Source: an uncultured Acidobacteriota bacterium
GTDB taxonomy: Bacteria; Acidobacteriota; Terriglobia; UBA7540
Assembly: GCA_963804995.1 (NCBI GenBank)
Contig: CAWDSK010000006.1
Span: 1,312,001-1,376,000, forward strand
Length of the DNA stretch: 64,000 nt
Direction of reading: 5' to 3'
The notes under the pieces are model-generated. The model saw only the letters and a list, made by a program, of their open reading frames with translations. It had not been told where the DNA came from and did no database searches. Made by a program: the position numbers and the translations under genes. Of this stretch, positions 29,744-40,336 are shown piece after piece. Position 1 is the first letter of the stretch. The number at the start of each line of letters is the position of its first letter.

Positions 29744-29957
29744 TGCCGGGGAGGACCTACGAGCTTTCCTGGAAGCAAACAAGAGCCGCCTGAAGCTCAA
29801 GGCATGAGACTTGAAGCTGTCGATCTTGCTTGTTAAGAGTTTTTCTGGCTGAAATGGCATAGGGCGAGCCACACCTCTGAAGAAGAGGTCCTCACCGCTG
29901 GCTCGCCTGCTGGTTCGCGTAGTCGACTGGCTCTCCCGGGTGTGCTGGATAAAATCA

Positions 29958-30662
29958 TTAGAACAGGTTGAGTGTAAGGCGGAAGCCGGGATGCCTCACG
30001 TTGAACAAATAATAGACGCCATCAATGTATTCGACATAAAAGTCGTCGTTGTAATCCCAGCCCATTGGCCACCCTTCAGTGTACCCGAACGAGTAGCCGC
30101 CGTATTGGAAGCGGTTATACCCGCCGATCATCCGGGGACGCCCCATGTGGAACGAGTGGTCATGACCGAAATGGGCACGGTAATTGGTGTCAGAAATGCG
30201 GCCATAATGGCCGGCGTTGCCGCCACGGTTGTTAGCAACGGCCTGTGGCTGCTGCCCTCTGGACTGCTGAGCGCGTTGTGGCTGTGCTTTCTCGGCACGT
30301 TGTGGCTGCGCTTTCTCGGCACGTTGTGGCTGTGCTTTCTCGGCACGTTGTGGCTGTGCTTTCTCGGCACGTTGTGGCTGTGCTTTCTCGGCACGTTGTG
30401 GCTGTGCTTTCTCGGCACGTTGTGGCTGTGCTTTCTCGGCACGCTGTGGCTGTGCTTTCTCGGCACGCTGTGGCTGTGCTTTCTCGGCACGCTGTGGCTG
30501 CGCTTTCTGTGCGTGCTGAGGTTGTTGCTCGTGTTGCGGCGCCGCCTGAGGTTTTCCTCCGCCTCCGCCCTTTTCCTCCTCGCCTTTTTGTGCGAATGCA
30601 GGAAGGGTGGTTCCGAGAAGTAAAAGCAGAACTGCTGTACTGATAACTCGCTTGTGGTTCAT
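29958..30662 (-). CDS. secreted protein with AEKAQPQR octapeptide repeats and aromatic-rich C-terminal domain
   Basis: Signal peptide (..LPAFA); RBS GGAGG; own promoter. Confidence 0.85.
   Translation of the reverse strand: MNHKRVISTAVLLLLLGTTLPAFAQKGEEEKGGGGGKPQAAPQHEQQPQHAQKAQPQRAEKAQPQRAEKAQPQRAEKAQPQRAEKAQPQRAEKAQPQRAEKAQPQRAEKAQPQRAEKAQPQRAEKAQPQRAQQSRGQQPQAVANNRGGNAGHYGRISDTNYRAHFGHDHSFHMGRPRMIGGYNRFQYGGYSFGYTEGWPMGWDYNDDFYVEYIDGVYYLFNVRHPGFRLTLNLF
30274..30513. repeat. 24-bp coding tandem repeat, about 10 units
   Basis: CGTTGTGGCTGTGCTTTCTCGGCA units. Confidence 0.95.
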
Positions 30663-30721
30663 AGGTGTTGCCTCCAACTCAATTCACATCTGGCTTTCAT
30701 CCTAATACTCAAGTTACACCT

Positions 30722-30764
30722 CTTATACCGTTTGCGCGCATGGGTGTCAGTTCAATACGGCTCG
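30722..30764 (-). promoter_or_regulatory. Crp-like site/promoter B
   Basis: minus strand CGAGC-N6-GAACT, CTGACA-17-TATAAG. Confidence 0.6.
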
Positions 30765-30913
30765 CCCATTAGGTCAAAAATGCTCATCCCAGTTCATGGG
30801 GGCTACAGTTTGGAGCCGGTGGGGAACGGTATTGAGCTTGATGCCTATCGCGCTGAGCAAGCCAAGCAGCGGATTCCCACAATGCCGCAACTGAGCAAAT
30901 CTATACACGAGAC

Positions 30914-30957
30914 TGTTCCTAAGTGGGCAGCCAACTGTCTTCGGCTTCTGTCATGCT
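30914..30957 (+). promoter_or_regulatory. Crp-like site/promoter upstream of the BON gene
   Basis: TGTTC-N6-GGGCA, CAGCCA-18-CATGCT; possible second site TGAGC-N6-ATACA at 30892. Confidence 0.45.
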
Positions 30958-31139
30958 GCGTAGCGGGGAAGTGAGTCCGGAGGAGGGAACTCTTGCGCTG
31001 GGCACATTCTCCTCCCGGCGGCACCTGCAACCCAGCAGAAAGCGCAGTTATAGGCGGTGGTTTAATGTAAGGCTGAAAAGCGTGATAGGCGTTTATCGGG
31101 ACAGGTTATTTGTGAAAAAGAGGTACGGAGGTAACGACC

Positions 31140-31946
31140 ATGACTCGGAACGAGCATCAATTGTCCCAGGACGCACAAGAACCACTTCATGAGAAAATCG
31201 CTCTCCGTGCACACCGTCTCTGGGAGGAACGTGGGTCCCCCATCGGATCATCGGAAGAAGATTGGTTCCGTGCCGAACGGGAAATGCGCACTGTGAAGAG
31301 CGACATGCAATTGCAAAGAGACGTTTCAGAGGAACTCAAGTGGGACCCAGCTGTCAACGCCGTGCAGATTCGGGTCGAAGTGACGGACGGCATGGTGACG
31401 CTCGCCGGCCGTGTCGAATACCTCGCCGAGAAGTGGGCTGCCGAATGGGCCGCCAAGCGAGTGTCTGGCGTCAAGGAGTTGGCTGTTGAGATAGAAGTCA
31501 AACCTATTCGCTCCCGCGAGCTGAGAGACGCGGATATTGCGCGGGCGGCAGCGAACGCACTCAAATGGCATGCCTTCGTGCCGCAAGACCGCATCAAGGT
31601 GACCGTAAAAGATGGGTGGATCACTCTGGAAGGAGAGGTTGAGAAGCAATTCGAGAAGGAGACCGCCCGCCAAGTCGTGCTCTACTTAACGGGGGTCAAA
31701 GGTGTCAGCAACCAGATCGTCCTCAAGCCGAAGGTGGAGCCAACCGAGGTCAAGGATAAGATCGAAGCAGCTTTCAAACGCAGCGCGATTCTTGACTTGG
31801 CGAGGATCGCGGTGAAGACCGACGGCGGTCAGGTCATTCTGACTGGGATTGTTCGCTCTTGGACGGAGTATGTGGACGCCGAGCGGGCTGCCTGGGCCGC
31901 GCCGGGTGTGCACGAAATCAAGAATCTCCTGAAAATTGTGGATTGA
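31140..31946 (+). CDS. DUF2934 plus triple BON domain (OsmY-like) protein
   Basis: IALRAHRLWEERG..EEDWFRAE; three BON repeats (VTL.G.V). Confidence 0.9.
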   Translation: MTRNEHQLSQDAQEPLHEKIALRAHRLWEERGSPIGSSEEDWFRAEREMRTVKSDMQLQRDVSEELKWDPAVNAVQIRVEVTDGMVTLAGRVEYLAEKWAAEWAAKRVSGVKELAVEIEVKPIRSRELRDADIARAAANALKWHAFVPQDRIKVTVKDGWITLEGEVEKQFEKETARQVVLYLTGVKGVSNQIVLKPKVEPTEVKDKIEAAFKRSAILDLARIAVKTDGGQVILTGIVRSWTEYVDAERAAWAAPGVHEIKNLLKIVD

Positions 31947-32352
31947 AGATGGGTAATTGCAGTTGCTTCTCGGGGGCCGGTCCACCTCGGAAGCGGAGGT
32001 TAGGGAGAACGGCTTACCAAACGGCGCAGTGGCTCATTTGGGCTGCGACTCCGCAGGAGGACAGTCATAAGACTCTTGAAACTCGCAATTCTTTGGGCTT
32101 TGCTGGCACCAATTGCTCGGGCCGATCCCGCAAGGTACTTCACGTTTGCGGCCTAGGTGACATCTGTCGGTTCACTTGGGAGATTCAGCGAAGGGCGTTG
32201 GAGAAATTTATTTAAGTGTCGCGGGTTAGGGGCGTGGGCGACAACTTGGCCCTGTGCCCAGTACCCCCCGGACATAGTGTCGCTTTAGCTAGGAAATCTG
32301 CGATATGTCATTTATAAATTGCCTTTAGTAGTTATCTGAATACTTATTTAAC

Positions 32353-32382
32353 TTGACAATAGTTTCGCCCGACGGCTACAAT
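32353..32382 (+). promoter_or_regulatory. sigma70-type promoter
   Basis: TTGACA-18-TACAAT upstream of the 32507 ORF. Confidence 0.75.
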
Positions 32383-32506
32383 ACTCGGGTAATGATCGCC
32401 GTACGCTACACCGGCCGTGCAATCCTTTTCCCCTACCATTACTGACGGTTCGACTGCAAGCGCCGCGGCGCCGGCAGCCCAGCCGCTGCCCAAGTGAAGG
32501 AGACAA

Positions 32507-33460
32507 ATGAGTCTTATCAAAAGAGAAGCCAGCCCGGCGCAGTCCAGCGCCAGCCGAGCCAACAGCCTGCACTCCACCGGGCCACGCAGCGAGCGGGGCA
32601 AGGCGATATCAAGTCGCAATTTACGGAAGGTGCGCCCTTTTTCCCGGACCGTGGCGCGGAGCCTGGCGGCGATTGGCGAAACTCCCCGGGATTTTGAACA
32701 AATGCACCAGGCTTTGGCGGACGCCATGGCGCCGCGCGATGGTTGGGAGGCTGCATGGGTGCAAGACATCGCCATTTTGCGCTGGAGGCTGGAGCGCCTG
32801 CAACGCGCGGAGGCGGGAGTGGTGGCCTTGCGACGGCGCAAGCTGGTGCACCAGCGCCGGCGCGCCACCGCCCCTCCCACCGGGTCAGCCGCCCTCGAAC
32901 TTAACAGTTTGGTGGGTTTTTGTGGTTTTACCGGCCTGCCTGATTCGACGACGAAATTCCAGCAGGTGATTGCCATCCTCACCCAACTGCGCGACCTCGT
33001 CAGGATCGAAGAGCTGGAGGAAGATGCCTCCCTGTACTTCTCCCTTCTCTACGGAAAGGCGGTCGGGCCTCACGCCGCAATCCTGAAGTCCCACTTTGAG
33101 AGCACGGCCGAGAAGTGGAAACAAGGGGATTCCGAGGCCGCGGCGGCGGCGCGCAAATCAATGGCGGCTGAGCTGAACAGGGAAATCGCCGACTGGGAGC
33201 AGCTCCAATCGCTCTACGCGGTGGAACACCTGGAAGCGGACCCGCTCCGGGAGGATGCCGAGTTGCTGCTGCCCCCTCAGGAATTGGACGAAATCATCCG
33301 CTATGAAACGCACTTGGAGGATCAGATCGAACGCAAGCTGCGCCAGTTCTACGCCCGGCGACGGGAGCCCGTCCCGCGCCAGGCACAAGCGCTGCCCGCC
33401 GCAAGTGAGGGACTCGAGGCGGAGGAGTTGACCTGCCAGACCAGATCGGCGGGGGCGTAG
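32507..33460 (+). CDS. conserved hypothetical helical protein (STGPR.ERGKA.SSRN type)
   Basis: RBS AAGGAG; ANSLHSTGPRSERGKAISSRN, WRLERLQRAE, IIRYETHL. Confidence 0.75.
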   Translation: MSLIKREASPAQSSASRANSLHSTGPRSERGKAISSRNLRKVRPFSRTVARSLAAIGETPRDFEQMHQALADAMAPRDGWEAAWVQDIAILRWRLERLQRAEAGVVALRRRKLVHQRRRATAPPTGSAALELNSLVGFCGFTGLPDSTTKFQQVIAILTQLRDLVRIEELEEDASLYFSLLYGKAVGPHAAILKSHFESTAEKWKQGDSEAAAAARKSMAAELNREIADWEQLQSLYAVEHLEADPLREDAELLLPPQELDEIIRYETHLEDQIERKLRQFYARRREPVPRQAQALPAASEGLEAEELTCQTRSAGA

Positions 33461-33988
33461 CCTATGGCGTTCACGGACCACGAACGGATGATCCCAGAGG
33501 CTGAAAAGCACACGAATTTCATGATGACACGATGTCCATTCGGCGTGAAAAAGCCCAAAGCTGAGAACTTATTGAAAACAAAGGATCAGAAGAAGGGATT
33601 TTCTTGCGCCAAAGCTGAGAACATACTGAAAATAAGTGACTTACAAGACATCCAAAAAATGGAATTTGGTGCGGGCAAATTGTCATGAGCGATGGGATTG
33701 TAAAAGCGCTGCGACCGAGGATCGATGGGCTCCGGGAATTCGACCCCCGGCATCGGGAGATGCTGGTGGAAGGCACGCATTATCTGATCAACCCCGCGGC
33801 TGGGGTGGGGAGATCGTCGCCGGGGCGGCAGCCAAACTTCTCGAAGGCGGAGCACCCATTGCTTACTACGGTTATTCATCAAGAAATATTATATCAATGT
33901 GTAATACTGAGTTTTGACCGCTTGTCCGGTCCCGCTGGGGCAACGGAGGGCGCAGGACGAGGCCCATGCGCAAATCGCCCATCACCCG

Positions 33989-34858
33989 CTACGAATTCTG
34001 GTCCTCCACCAATTGCTTGGCGCGTTGGGCAGCGCGGACCACAGCCTTAATCAGGGTGACGCGCAGGCCGCCTTCCTCGAGTTCGAGCAGCCCATCGATG
34101 GTACAGCCCGCCGGCGTGGTGACCACGTCCTTCAACTTGGCCGGATGCTCTCCCGTGTGCAGGACCAGGGCGGAAGCGCCCAATAAAGTTTGAGAAACCA
34201 GTTCGGTGGAAAGGTCGCGCGGCAGGCCCAGCTTCACACCTGCCTCGGCCAGGGATTCGATAATGAGGTAAACATAGGCGGGGCCGGAAGCCGAAAGGCC
34301 GGTGATGGCGTCCATGTGTTTCTCTTCCACTTCCACGGTACGGCCCATGGCCCGGAAGATTTCCTGCGCCAGCATCACGTCGTCGGGCGTCGCATGGACA
34401 CCGGCGGCAATGGCCGTCATGCCCTGGCGAATCAGGCAGGGCGTGTTGGGCATGGCGCGAACCACGTGCGCCGGGCGCCCGAGTTCGCGCTCGATGAGCG
34501 CCGTGGTGACGGAAGCCGCGGCGGAGATGATCACCACGTCCCTGCGCAGCGCTTGCTTTATCTCGTGCAGAACGCCCTTCACCTGCTGGGGTTTTAAAAC
34601 AATCAACACCAAGTCGGCGCCCCTCACGGCCTGTATGTTGTGGGTGTGAGCTCTCACCCCGTATTTTCCGGCAAGAAACTCAGCTTGCGGGGGCTCTGCA
34701 ACGGTCACTTCCACGTCCTCAACGGGAATGAGCTGCGAACCCAGGATACCGGAAAGCAGCGCCTCCCCCAACTTCCCGCAGCCAATCAGCGCCAGCTTTT
34801 TGACGCGGCTTTGAAAGTCACGCACGCCTCGAACGTGCTTGGATTCGGTGGTTTTCAT
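33989..34858 (-). CDS. proC: pyrroline-5-carboxylate reductase
   Basis: IGCGKLG, RAMPNTP, SASGPAY, VTTPAGCT. Confidence 0.95.
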   Translation of the reverse strand: MKTTESKHVRGVRDFQSRVKKLALIGCGKLGEALLSGILGSQLIPVEDVEVTVAEPPQAEFLAGKYGVRAHTHNIQAVRGADLVLIVLKPQQVKGVLHEIKQALRRDVVIISAAASVTTALIERELGRPAHVVRAMPNTPCLIRQGMTAIAAGVHATPDDVMLAQEIFRAMGRTVEVEEKHMDAITGLSASGPAYVYLIIESLAEAGVKLGLPRDLSTELVSQTLLGASALVLHTGEHPAKLKDVVTTPAGCTIDGLLELEEGGLRVTLIKAVVRAAQRAKQLVEDQNS

Positions 34859-34870
34859 TGTAGGCCTCTT

Positions 34871-35029
34871 GGGATTGTCGATTTACCATTGCCGATTGAC
34901 GATGGCCGATTGACGATTGCGAACGATCATCAACTGACCATCGAGAATCGGCGATTATAGGTGATCAAGGCATGGAGGCATTGCCGATTTCGTTCAATCG
35001 ACAATCGACCATCGGCAATCGGCAATTTC
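34871..35029. repeat. gene-less inverted heptamer arms (CGATTGN)
   Basis: TTGCCGATTGACGATGGCCGATTGACGATTG ... CAATCGACAATCGACCATCGGCAATCGGCAA. Confidence 0.8.
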
Positions 35030-36064
35030 TCATTCCCTCGCCGCCGCTTGCGCCGCGGTAACTTCTTGCTTGGAGGTGGAAATCCACGGCATCATCTTGC
35101 GCAGCTCGCTTCCCACTTTCTCGATGAGGTGGGCGGAAGCTTTGGCGCGCATTTCCAGGAAGTGCTGGCGGCCTTTGGCGTTTTCATCCATCCACTCTTT
35201 GGCGAAGGAGCCGTCCTGCACGCTGGCCAGGACTTGCTTCATGGTTTCGCGCACGTGGGCGTCAATCACCTCAGGCCCGCGAGTGTAGTCGCCGTATTCC
35301 GCGGTGTCGCTTACCGAGTAGCGCATGTACTTGATGCCACCCTGGTAGATGAGGTCGACAATCAGCTTCAGCTCATGCAGGCATTCGAAGTAAGCAATCT
35401 CCGGTTGGTAGCCGGCTTCGACCAGCGTTTCAAACGCGGTGGTGATAAGGGCTGAGACTCCACCGCACAGCACCGTCTGCTCGCCGAAGAGGTCGGTTTC
35501 TGTCTCTTCCTTGAATGTGGTGCGAATCACGCCCGCTTTGAGCGAACCGAGGGCCTTGGCGTAAGCCAAGCCGGTGGCCTCAGCGTGGCCGGAAGCGTCC
35601 TGCTCAATCGCGAGCAGCGCAGGCACGCCGACGCCCTCGGTAAAGAGTTCGCGCAGGCGATGCCCGGGGCACTTGGGCGCAATCATGATCACGTCCACCG
35701 AGGGGGGAGGAACGATGAACTTGTAGTGAATGTTGAACCCGTGGGCAAACACCAGGGTTTTACCAGGTCCAAGGTGCGGAGCGATCGCCTCCTGGTAAAT
35801 CTTCGCCTGGATGGGATCAGGGATGAGGATGACGAGCAGGTCGGCGCGCTTGGCGGCTTCTGACGCATCATAGACCTCGAAGCCTGCGTCTTTTGCCTTG
35901 GTGCGGGGCGGGTCGCCCATGCGCTCGGCAACGATCACCTTCACGCCGCTGTCGCGCAGATTCAATGCGTGGGCATGCCCCTGACTGCCATAGCCGATAA
36001 TGGCCACTGTCTTTCCCGCCAGATTCTTCAGATCACCGTCTTTCTCATAGTAGACTTTAGCCAT
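35030..36064 (-). CDS. ilvC: ketol-acid reductoisomerase
   Basis: [29 protein letters not shown]. Confidence 0.97.
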   Translation of the reverse strand: MAKVYYEKDGDLKNLAGKTVAIIGYGSQGHAHALNLRDSGVKVIVAERMGDPPRTKAKDAGFEVYDASEAAKRADLLVILIPDPIQAKIYQEAIAPHLGPGKTLVFAHGFNIHYKFIVPPPSVDVIMIAPKCPGHRLRELFTEGVGVPALLAIEQDASGHAEATGLAYAKALGSLKAGVIRTTFKEETETDLFGEQTVLCGGVSALITTAFETLVEAGYQPEIAYFECLHELKLIVDLIYQGGIKYMRYSVSDTAEYGDYTRGPEVIDAHVRETMKQVLASVQDGSFAKEWMDENAKGRQHFLEMRAKASAHLIEKVGSELRKMMPWISTSKQEVTAAQAAARE

Positions 36065-36119
36065 AGTTCTCTAATCCTTTTTCGATAATGGAATTTGGAA
36101 TCCTGAATTATACACCAAG

Positions 36120-36208
36120 AGCAGGAGTCAGGAGTTAGGAGTCAGAAGTTACGCATCAGGAGGGGAGAGATTATTCTGACTCCTAGCTTCCAGCTCCTGA
36201 CTCCTTCT
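36120..36208. repeat. gene-less inverted heptamer arms (AGGAGTC)
   Basis: AGGAGTCAGGAGTTAGGAGTCAGAA / TTCTGACTCCTAGCTTCCAGCTCCTGACTCCT. Confidence 0.8.
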
Positions 36209-36211
36209 TTG

Positions 36212-36706
36212 TCATGCCTGCGCGGCAACCAGCACCGGGCGCGGCACGTTTCGGGTGGTCTTCACACAGGCGAAAGGCAGGGCCTCCGGCATGCCGAAGA
36301 CCGGCGCGGCGGTTTGCCGGCGGCTTTCCGCAGGAACCTCGAGGAGGTATTTTCCGTGACTGGCAAAAATCAGTGTGGAGCCTGGAAAAGTCTTGAGGAT
36401 GTCGGCCACGCGCGAAGTGTCCTCCTGGGCGTCAATAAAAACGAACGCGGCGTTGAGAGAGGTGTTGTGGCGGTAACAACTGACGCGCTGCACGCCTTCG
36501 ACGCGGCGCAGAAAATTGAAGAGGTGATCAACGTCCGGCTCCAACGATTCCAGCACGGCCATCATGGAAAAGCCGTTGGGCCGCGTGGCCAGGGCGAGAG
36601 TCACAATCTTCATACCCTTGCGGCGAAAAACATTCATCAGCCGGCAAGTCACAATCAAGTCCTGTTCGGTTTCAAGCGTGATGAGCCACTGCATGGTGAA
36701 CTCCAA
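36212..36706 (-). CDS. ACT-domain protein, probable acetolactate synthase regulatory subunit
   Basis: RLMNVFRRKGMKIVTL ACT pattern; lies between ilvB and ilvC. Confidence 0.65.
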   Translation of the reverse strand: MEFTMQWLITLETEQDLIVTCRLMNVFRRKGMKIVTLALATRPNGFSMMAVLESLEPDVDHLFNFLRRVEGVQRVSCYRHNTSLNAAFVFIDAQEDTSRVADILKTFPGSTLIFASHGKYLLEVPAESRRQTAAPVFGMPEALPFACVKTTRNVPRPVLVAAQA

Positions 36707-36709
36707 GTA

Positions 36710-36868
36710 CCAGGTGTCGGGTGTCAGGTGCTGGGTTCTAGAAACCGGGTTGGGTAATTTACGAAGGTTAAAGGATAAAGGGTAAAGTATGAAGCCATCT
36801 GTCCTTTATCCTTTACCCTTTACATTTTACACTTATTTTATCCACCAACCCCCAGTACCTAGCACCCA
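36710..36868. repeat. two nested pairs of inverted heptamer arms
   Basis: Outer GGTGTCA/GGTGCTG...CCAGTACCTAGCACC; inner AAAGGAT/AAAGGGT...CCTTTATCCTTTACCCTTT. Confidence 0.7.
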
Positions 36869-36869
36869 G

Positions 36870-38612
36870 TCACACCGCCCACAAATCATCCAACGCTTCT
36901 TCTTCCACCTGAACTCGCGGTGGTTCGACCACCATCTCCGCCAGCGCTGCGCCGGGGGGAACGATGGGATAAACGTTTTCCGCCGGGTCCACCCAGAAAT
37001 CGATCAGGCGCGGCTCACGGTCGGCGAGGAAATCCTCCACTGCGTCCGCCACGTCGGAGCGGTGCTCGACGCGCGCGCCGCGAATGCCATAAGCATCCGC
37101 CAGCTTGACGAAGTCCGGCGCGAAGTTGAGATCGATGTCGCAATAGCGTTTCTCAAAGAAAATCTCCTGCCACTGGCGCACCATGCCAAGCGCGCGGTTA
37201 TTGATGATGGCGATTTTGACCGGCACCCGGTATTGCACCACGGTAGCGAGATCGTTCAGCGTCATCTGAAAGCCGCCGTCACCCACGATGGCCACCACCT
37301 GGCGATCCGGGAAGGCCATCTGCGCGCCCATAGCGGCTGGGAAGCCGTAACCCATCGACCCCAGGCCGCTCGAGGAGAGCCAGGTGCGCGGCTGCGTGAA
37401 GTTATAGAACTGCGCGGTCCACATCTGATGCTGCCCCACGTCCACGGATATGATGGCGTCTTCCGCGGCGCGCTGGGCAATGGACTCAATTACAAACTGG
37501 GGCTTCACCGTATTCGCATACTTGTCATAGGTCAGCGGATGCTCGCCGCGCCAGGATTCGATGCGTTGCAGCCACTGCTGACGCGCCGGGGTGGGAGCCG
37601 CCTTCCGCCGCTTCAAAACATCCACCAGCGCCCGCAGCGCTTCCCGCGCGTCGCCGACCACAGAGAGGTCAACCGCCACGTTCTTGTTGACCTCGGAAGG
37701 GTCAACATCAAAGTGGATTTTCTTCGAGTGCGTGGCGAAACCGTTCAGGCGCCCCGTCACGCGGTCATCAAATCGCGCTCCAATGGCCACCAGCAGGTCG
37801 CAATTGCAGATCGCCATGTTGGTGGAATACGAGCCGTGCATGCCCAGCATCCCGAGCGACAGGGGATGGCGGGAAGGAAACGCGCCCAACCCCATCAGGG
37901 TTGTGGTGACCGGGATATGCGTCAACTCCGCCAACTCGCGAAGCTCCAGCCAGGCGTCGGAGGCAATCGCTCCGCCGCCTACGTAAAGGACCGCCCGGCG
38001 GGATTCGAGAATCATATCCGCGGCGCGTTCAAGGTCGGCGTCCGTAAACTCGCGCAACCGCTCAGGCGGCGTCACACCCAGCGTGGACGGGTAGTTGGGC
38101 TCCGCTGTTTCCATGAGCACGTTCTTGGGGAGATCAATCAGCACCGGCCCCGGCCGTCCGGAGACCGACGTGCGGAAAGCCCGATCGATAATGCGGGGAA
38201 TGTCCGCGGCAGAGCGAATCGAGAATGACTGCTTGGTGCAAGGGAGGCTGATGCCGACGATATCAGCTTCCTGAAAACCGTCCTTCCCAATCAACGCCAT
38301 CGGGACCTGGCCCGCCAAGGCAACGACGGGGATGGAATCCATCATGGCCGAGGTCAATCCGGTGATCAGGTTGGTGGCGCCCGGGCCGGAAGTTCCCAAA
38401 CACACCCCCGGCTTGCCGGTCACGCGCGCGTAGCCGTCGGCGGCGAAAGCCGCGGCCTGCTCGTGCCGCACCAGCAGGTGGCGAATGCCCGCACTGTAAA
38501 GGGCGTCGTAAAGAGGAAGGACCGTGCCGCCCGGGAGGCCAAAGAAGACATCGACATTTTGGCGCTTCAAACTTTCGAGCAGGATTTCGGAACCGGAAAT
38601 AGACTTTCCCAT
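36870..38612 (-). CDS. ilvB: acetolactate synthase large subunit
   Basis: FGLPGG, RHEQ, TSGPGATN, GMHG, GDGGFQM..NN. Confidence 0.96.
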   Translation of the reverse strand: MGKSISGSEILLESLKRQNVDVFFGLPGGTVLPLYDALYSAGIRHLLVRHEQAAAFAADGYARVTGKPGVCLGTSGPGATNLITGLTSAMMDSIPVVALAGQVPMALIGKDGFQEADIVGISLPCTKQSFSIRSAADIPRIIDRAFRTSVSGRPGPVLIDLPKNVLMETAEPNYPSTLGVTPPERLREFTDADLERAADMILESRRAVLYVGGGAIASDAWLELRELAELTHIPVTTTLMGLGAFPSRHPLSLGMLGMHGSYSTNMAICNCDLLVAIGARFDDRVTGRLNGFATHSKKIHFDVDPSEVNKNVAVDLSVVGDAREALRALVDVLKRRKAAPTPARQQWLQRIESWRGEHPLTYDKYANTVKPQFVIESIAQRAAEDAIISVDVGQHQMWTAQFYNFTQPRTWLSSSGLGSMGYGFPAAMGAQMAFPDRQVVAIVGDGGFQMTLNDLATVVQYRVPVKIAIINNRALGMVRQWQEIFFEKRYCDIDLNFAPDFVKLADAYGIRGARVEHRSDVADAVEDFLADREPRLIDFWVDPAENVYPIVPPGAALAEMVVEPPRVQVEEEALDDLWAV

Positions 38613-38770
38613 ATTTGCACTCTCAACGCCTGGCCGCACCAAACAACCGACCAGTCGGTAGGTAAATTAGCACGGCGGCCCTCCGGCGTCAACTCCTAAT
38701 TCGACAGAAATTCAGATCCGCATGAGTCGGGATTTTTGGGGGGGAGCCAAACCGCCGTCCGCGTCCTAGA

Positions 38771-38856
38771 ACCCCCTCACCCGTCCCGCCCCGGCTGGTG
38801 AAAGCGCCGGCTGCGGTCCATCCTCTCCCCCAAAGGGGCGAGGGTAGTAAATTCAA
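38771..38856. repeat. CCCTCACCC palindromic repeat family, copy 2 (reverse)
   Basis: Close to the reverse complement of 20230-20317. Confidence 0.85.
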
Positions 38857-38964
38857 ATCTCCACTCTCCATCGGTCGCCGCGGCGAGAGAGGGGCCGGGT
38901 GGGGTCGCCCATGAACGAATTGATCACAAATTTCCTCAAATCCCTTATGTGAACACTATTCGGG

Positions 38965-39801
38965 CTACCGCAGCCACTCCTCCAGGCGCACAGCCTGATC
39001 GGTTTTCTCATCCCGGTACTTGATGATGACCGGTGTGTAGAGGGAAATGCCCAACTCCTTGCCGCGGCCTTTGGTGACGGCGCGTGCGCCGGGGACAACC
39101 ACTGCGCCCTCGGGAATCCGCAACGGCATCTCTCCGTCGCGGCGATGCACGGTATCACGCACCAGGTCGTAGACGGGCGTCGAACCTGTGAGGATGGCGC
39201 CGGCGGCAAGCACGGCTCCCTTCCCCACTATCGTGCCTTCATACACGCCGCAGTTGCCGCCCACCAGCACCTCATCCTCGATGATCACCGGCAAGGCGCC
39301 AATGGGCTCCAGCACTCCGCCGATTTGCGCCGCGGCGCTGATGTGGACGCGCTTGCCCACTTGCGCGCAGGAACCCACCAGGGCGTGTGAGTCAATCATG
39401 GTGCCGTCGTCCACGTAAGCGCCCGCGTTCACGAACATGGGCGGCATGCAGGTCACGTTCTTGCCGATGTAGCAGCCATCGCGAATCGAGGAGCCACCCG
39501 GCACGACGCGGATGTTCTGGCCGTCCGGAAGCTGCTTCAAGGGATAGGTGTGCTTGTCGCGGAATTGCAGATCGCTCGGCGGCATCGCTGCCACACGCCC
39601 GATGCGGAACCCCAGCAGGATGCCTTTCTTGACCCAGCCATTCACCTTCCATCCCGTGGGCGAGGAGGCGTCGGGTTCAGCGGCGCGAATGCGGCCCTCA
39701 TTCAGCGCAGCCTTGAATTCGTCGAAAACGCTGAAATACTCCTCACCAAATTCTTTTGTTTCTCGCGCGTACAGTTCTTCAATTTTGGTTTGCAGTTCCA
39801 T
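38965..39801 (-). CDS. dapD: tetrahydrodipicolinate N-succinyltransferase
   Basis: WVKKGILLGF, VGSCAQVG, IGGVLEP. Confidence 0.95.
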   Translation of the reverse strand: MELQTKIEELYARETKEFGEEYFSVFDEFKAALNEGRIRAAEPDASSPTGWKVNGWVKKGILLGFRIGRVAAMPPSDLQFRDKHTYPLKQLPDGQNIRVVPGGSSIRDGCYIGKNVTCMPPMFVNAGAYVDDGTMIDSHALVGSCAQVGKRVHISAAAQIGGVLEPIGALPVIIEDEVLVGGNCGVYEGTIVGKGAVLAAGAILTGSTPVYDLVRDTVHRRDGEMPLRIPEGAVVVPGARAVTKGRGKELGISLYTPVIIKYRDEKTDQAVRLEEWLR

Positions 39802-39820
39802 TTTACCTTTCTGTTCTGAT

Positions 39821-39904
39821 CTACAGGCCTAGCACCAGGCGCATTCCGGCATCGACTTGATAAGTCAGAAGTGATGCGCGCCAAATTTCACCGCACCGAA
39901 TCAC
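39821..39904 (-). pseudogene. internally deleted MazF/PemK toxin remnant (27 aa)
   Basis: MIRCGEIWRASL + LTYQVDAGMRLVLGL resembles MazF N- and C-termini; GTG overlaps the antitoxin stop. Confidence 0.75.
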
Positions 39905-40138
39905 CAGTCCTCCCGACCCAGCGCCGTCGCCTGCAACTGAGCGATCACGGGATCTAGTTCCGATGACTCTGTCTTGTAAACCTCGTCCAGCGCTTCCTTA
40001 ATTCCTTTTGACCTGTGGCGCTTGACGTAATCTTCCAAGGCTCTTACATAGAGCTGACTGCGCGGAATATGCAGCCGCTTCGAGAGCCGCTCAACCTCAT
40101 GGAAGAGAGGGTCGGGTATGGAGACGGACGTTCTTCAT
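39901..40138 (-). CDS. ribbon-helix-helix antitoxin (ChpI/MazE-like), +1 frameshift at codon 3
   Basis: Removing one A gives MKTSVSIPDPLFHEVERLSKRLHIPRSQLYVRALEDY...GREDW; TATACT -10 lies 6 nt upstream. Confidence 0.8.
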
Positions 40139-40336
40139 GGCTGTAGTATAACCGGGGACGTAACGGAACTCGATTTGATAATCCTCCGACTCCCTTTCTC
40201 TTCCCTGCTTCCGGCATACCGTGCTTCCCGGGCGTGAAGTGAGGCTTGTGGGTACGAGAAAAGCGATAACATTTGGCCCTAATACCGATAAGCGGCTCAT
40301 CGCTATCGTCTCGCGTATAGTCGATAACTCCATTTC

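Noticed and set aside
29940..30623. Plus-strand LWLCFLGT repeat protein
   Set aside because: Antisense of the 24-bp VNTR; the minus-strand ORF has RBS, promoter and signal peptide.
33685..34050. 121-aa ORF after the STGPR-type gene
   Set aside because: No recognisable motif or RBS; overlaps the 3' end of proC.
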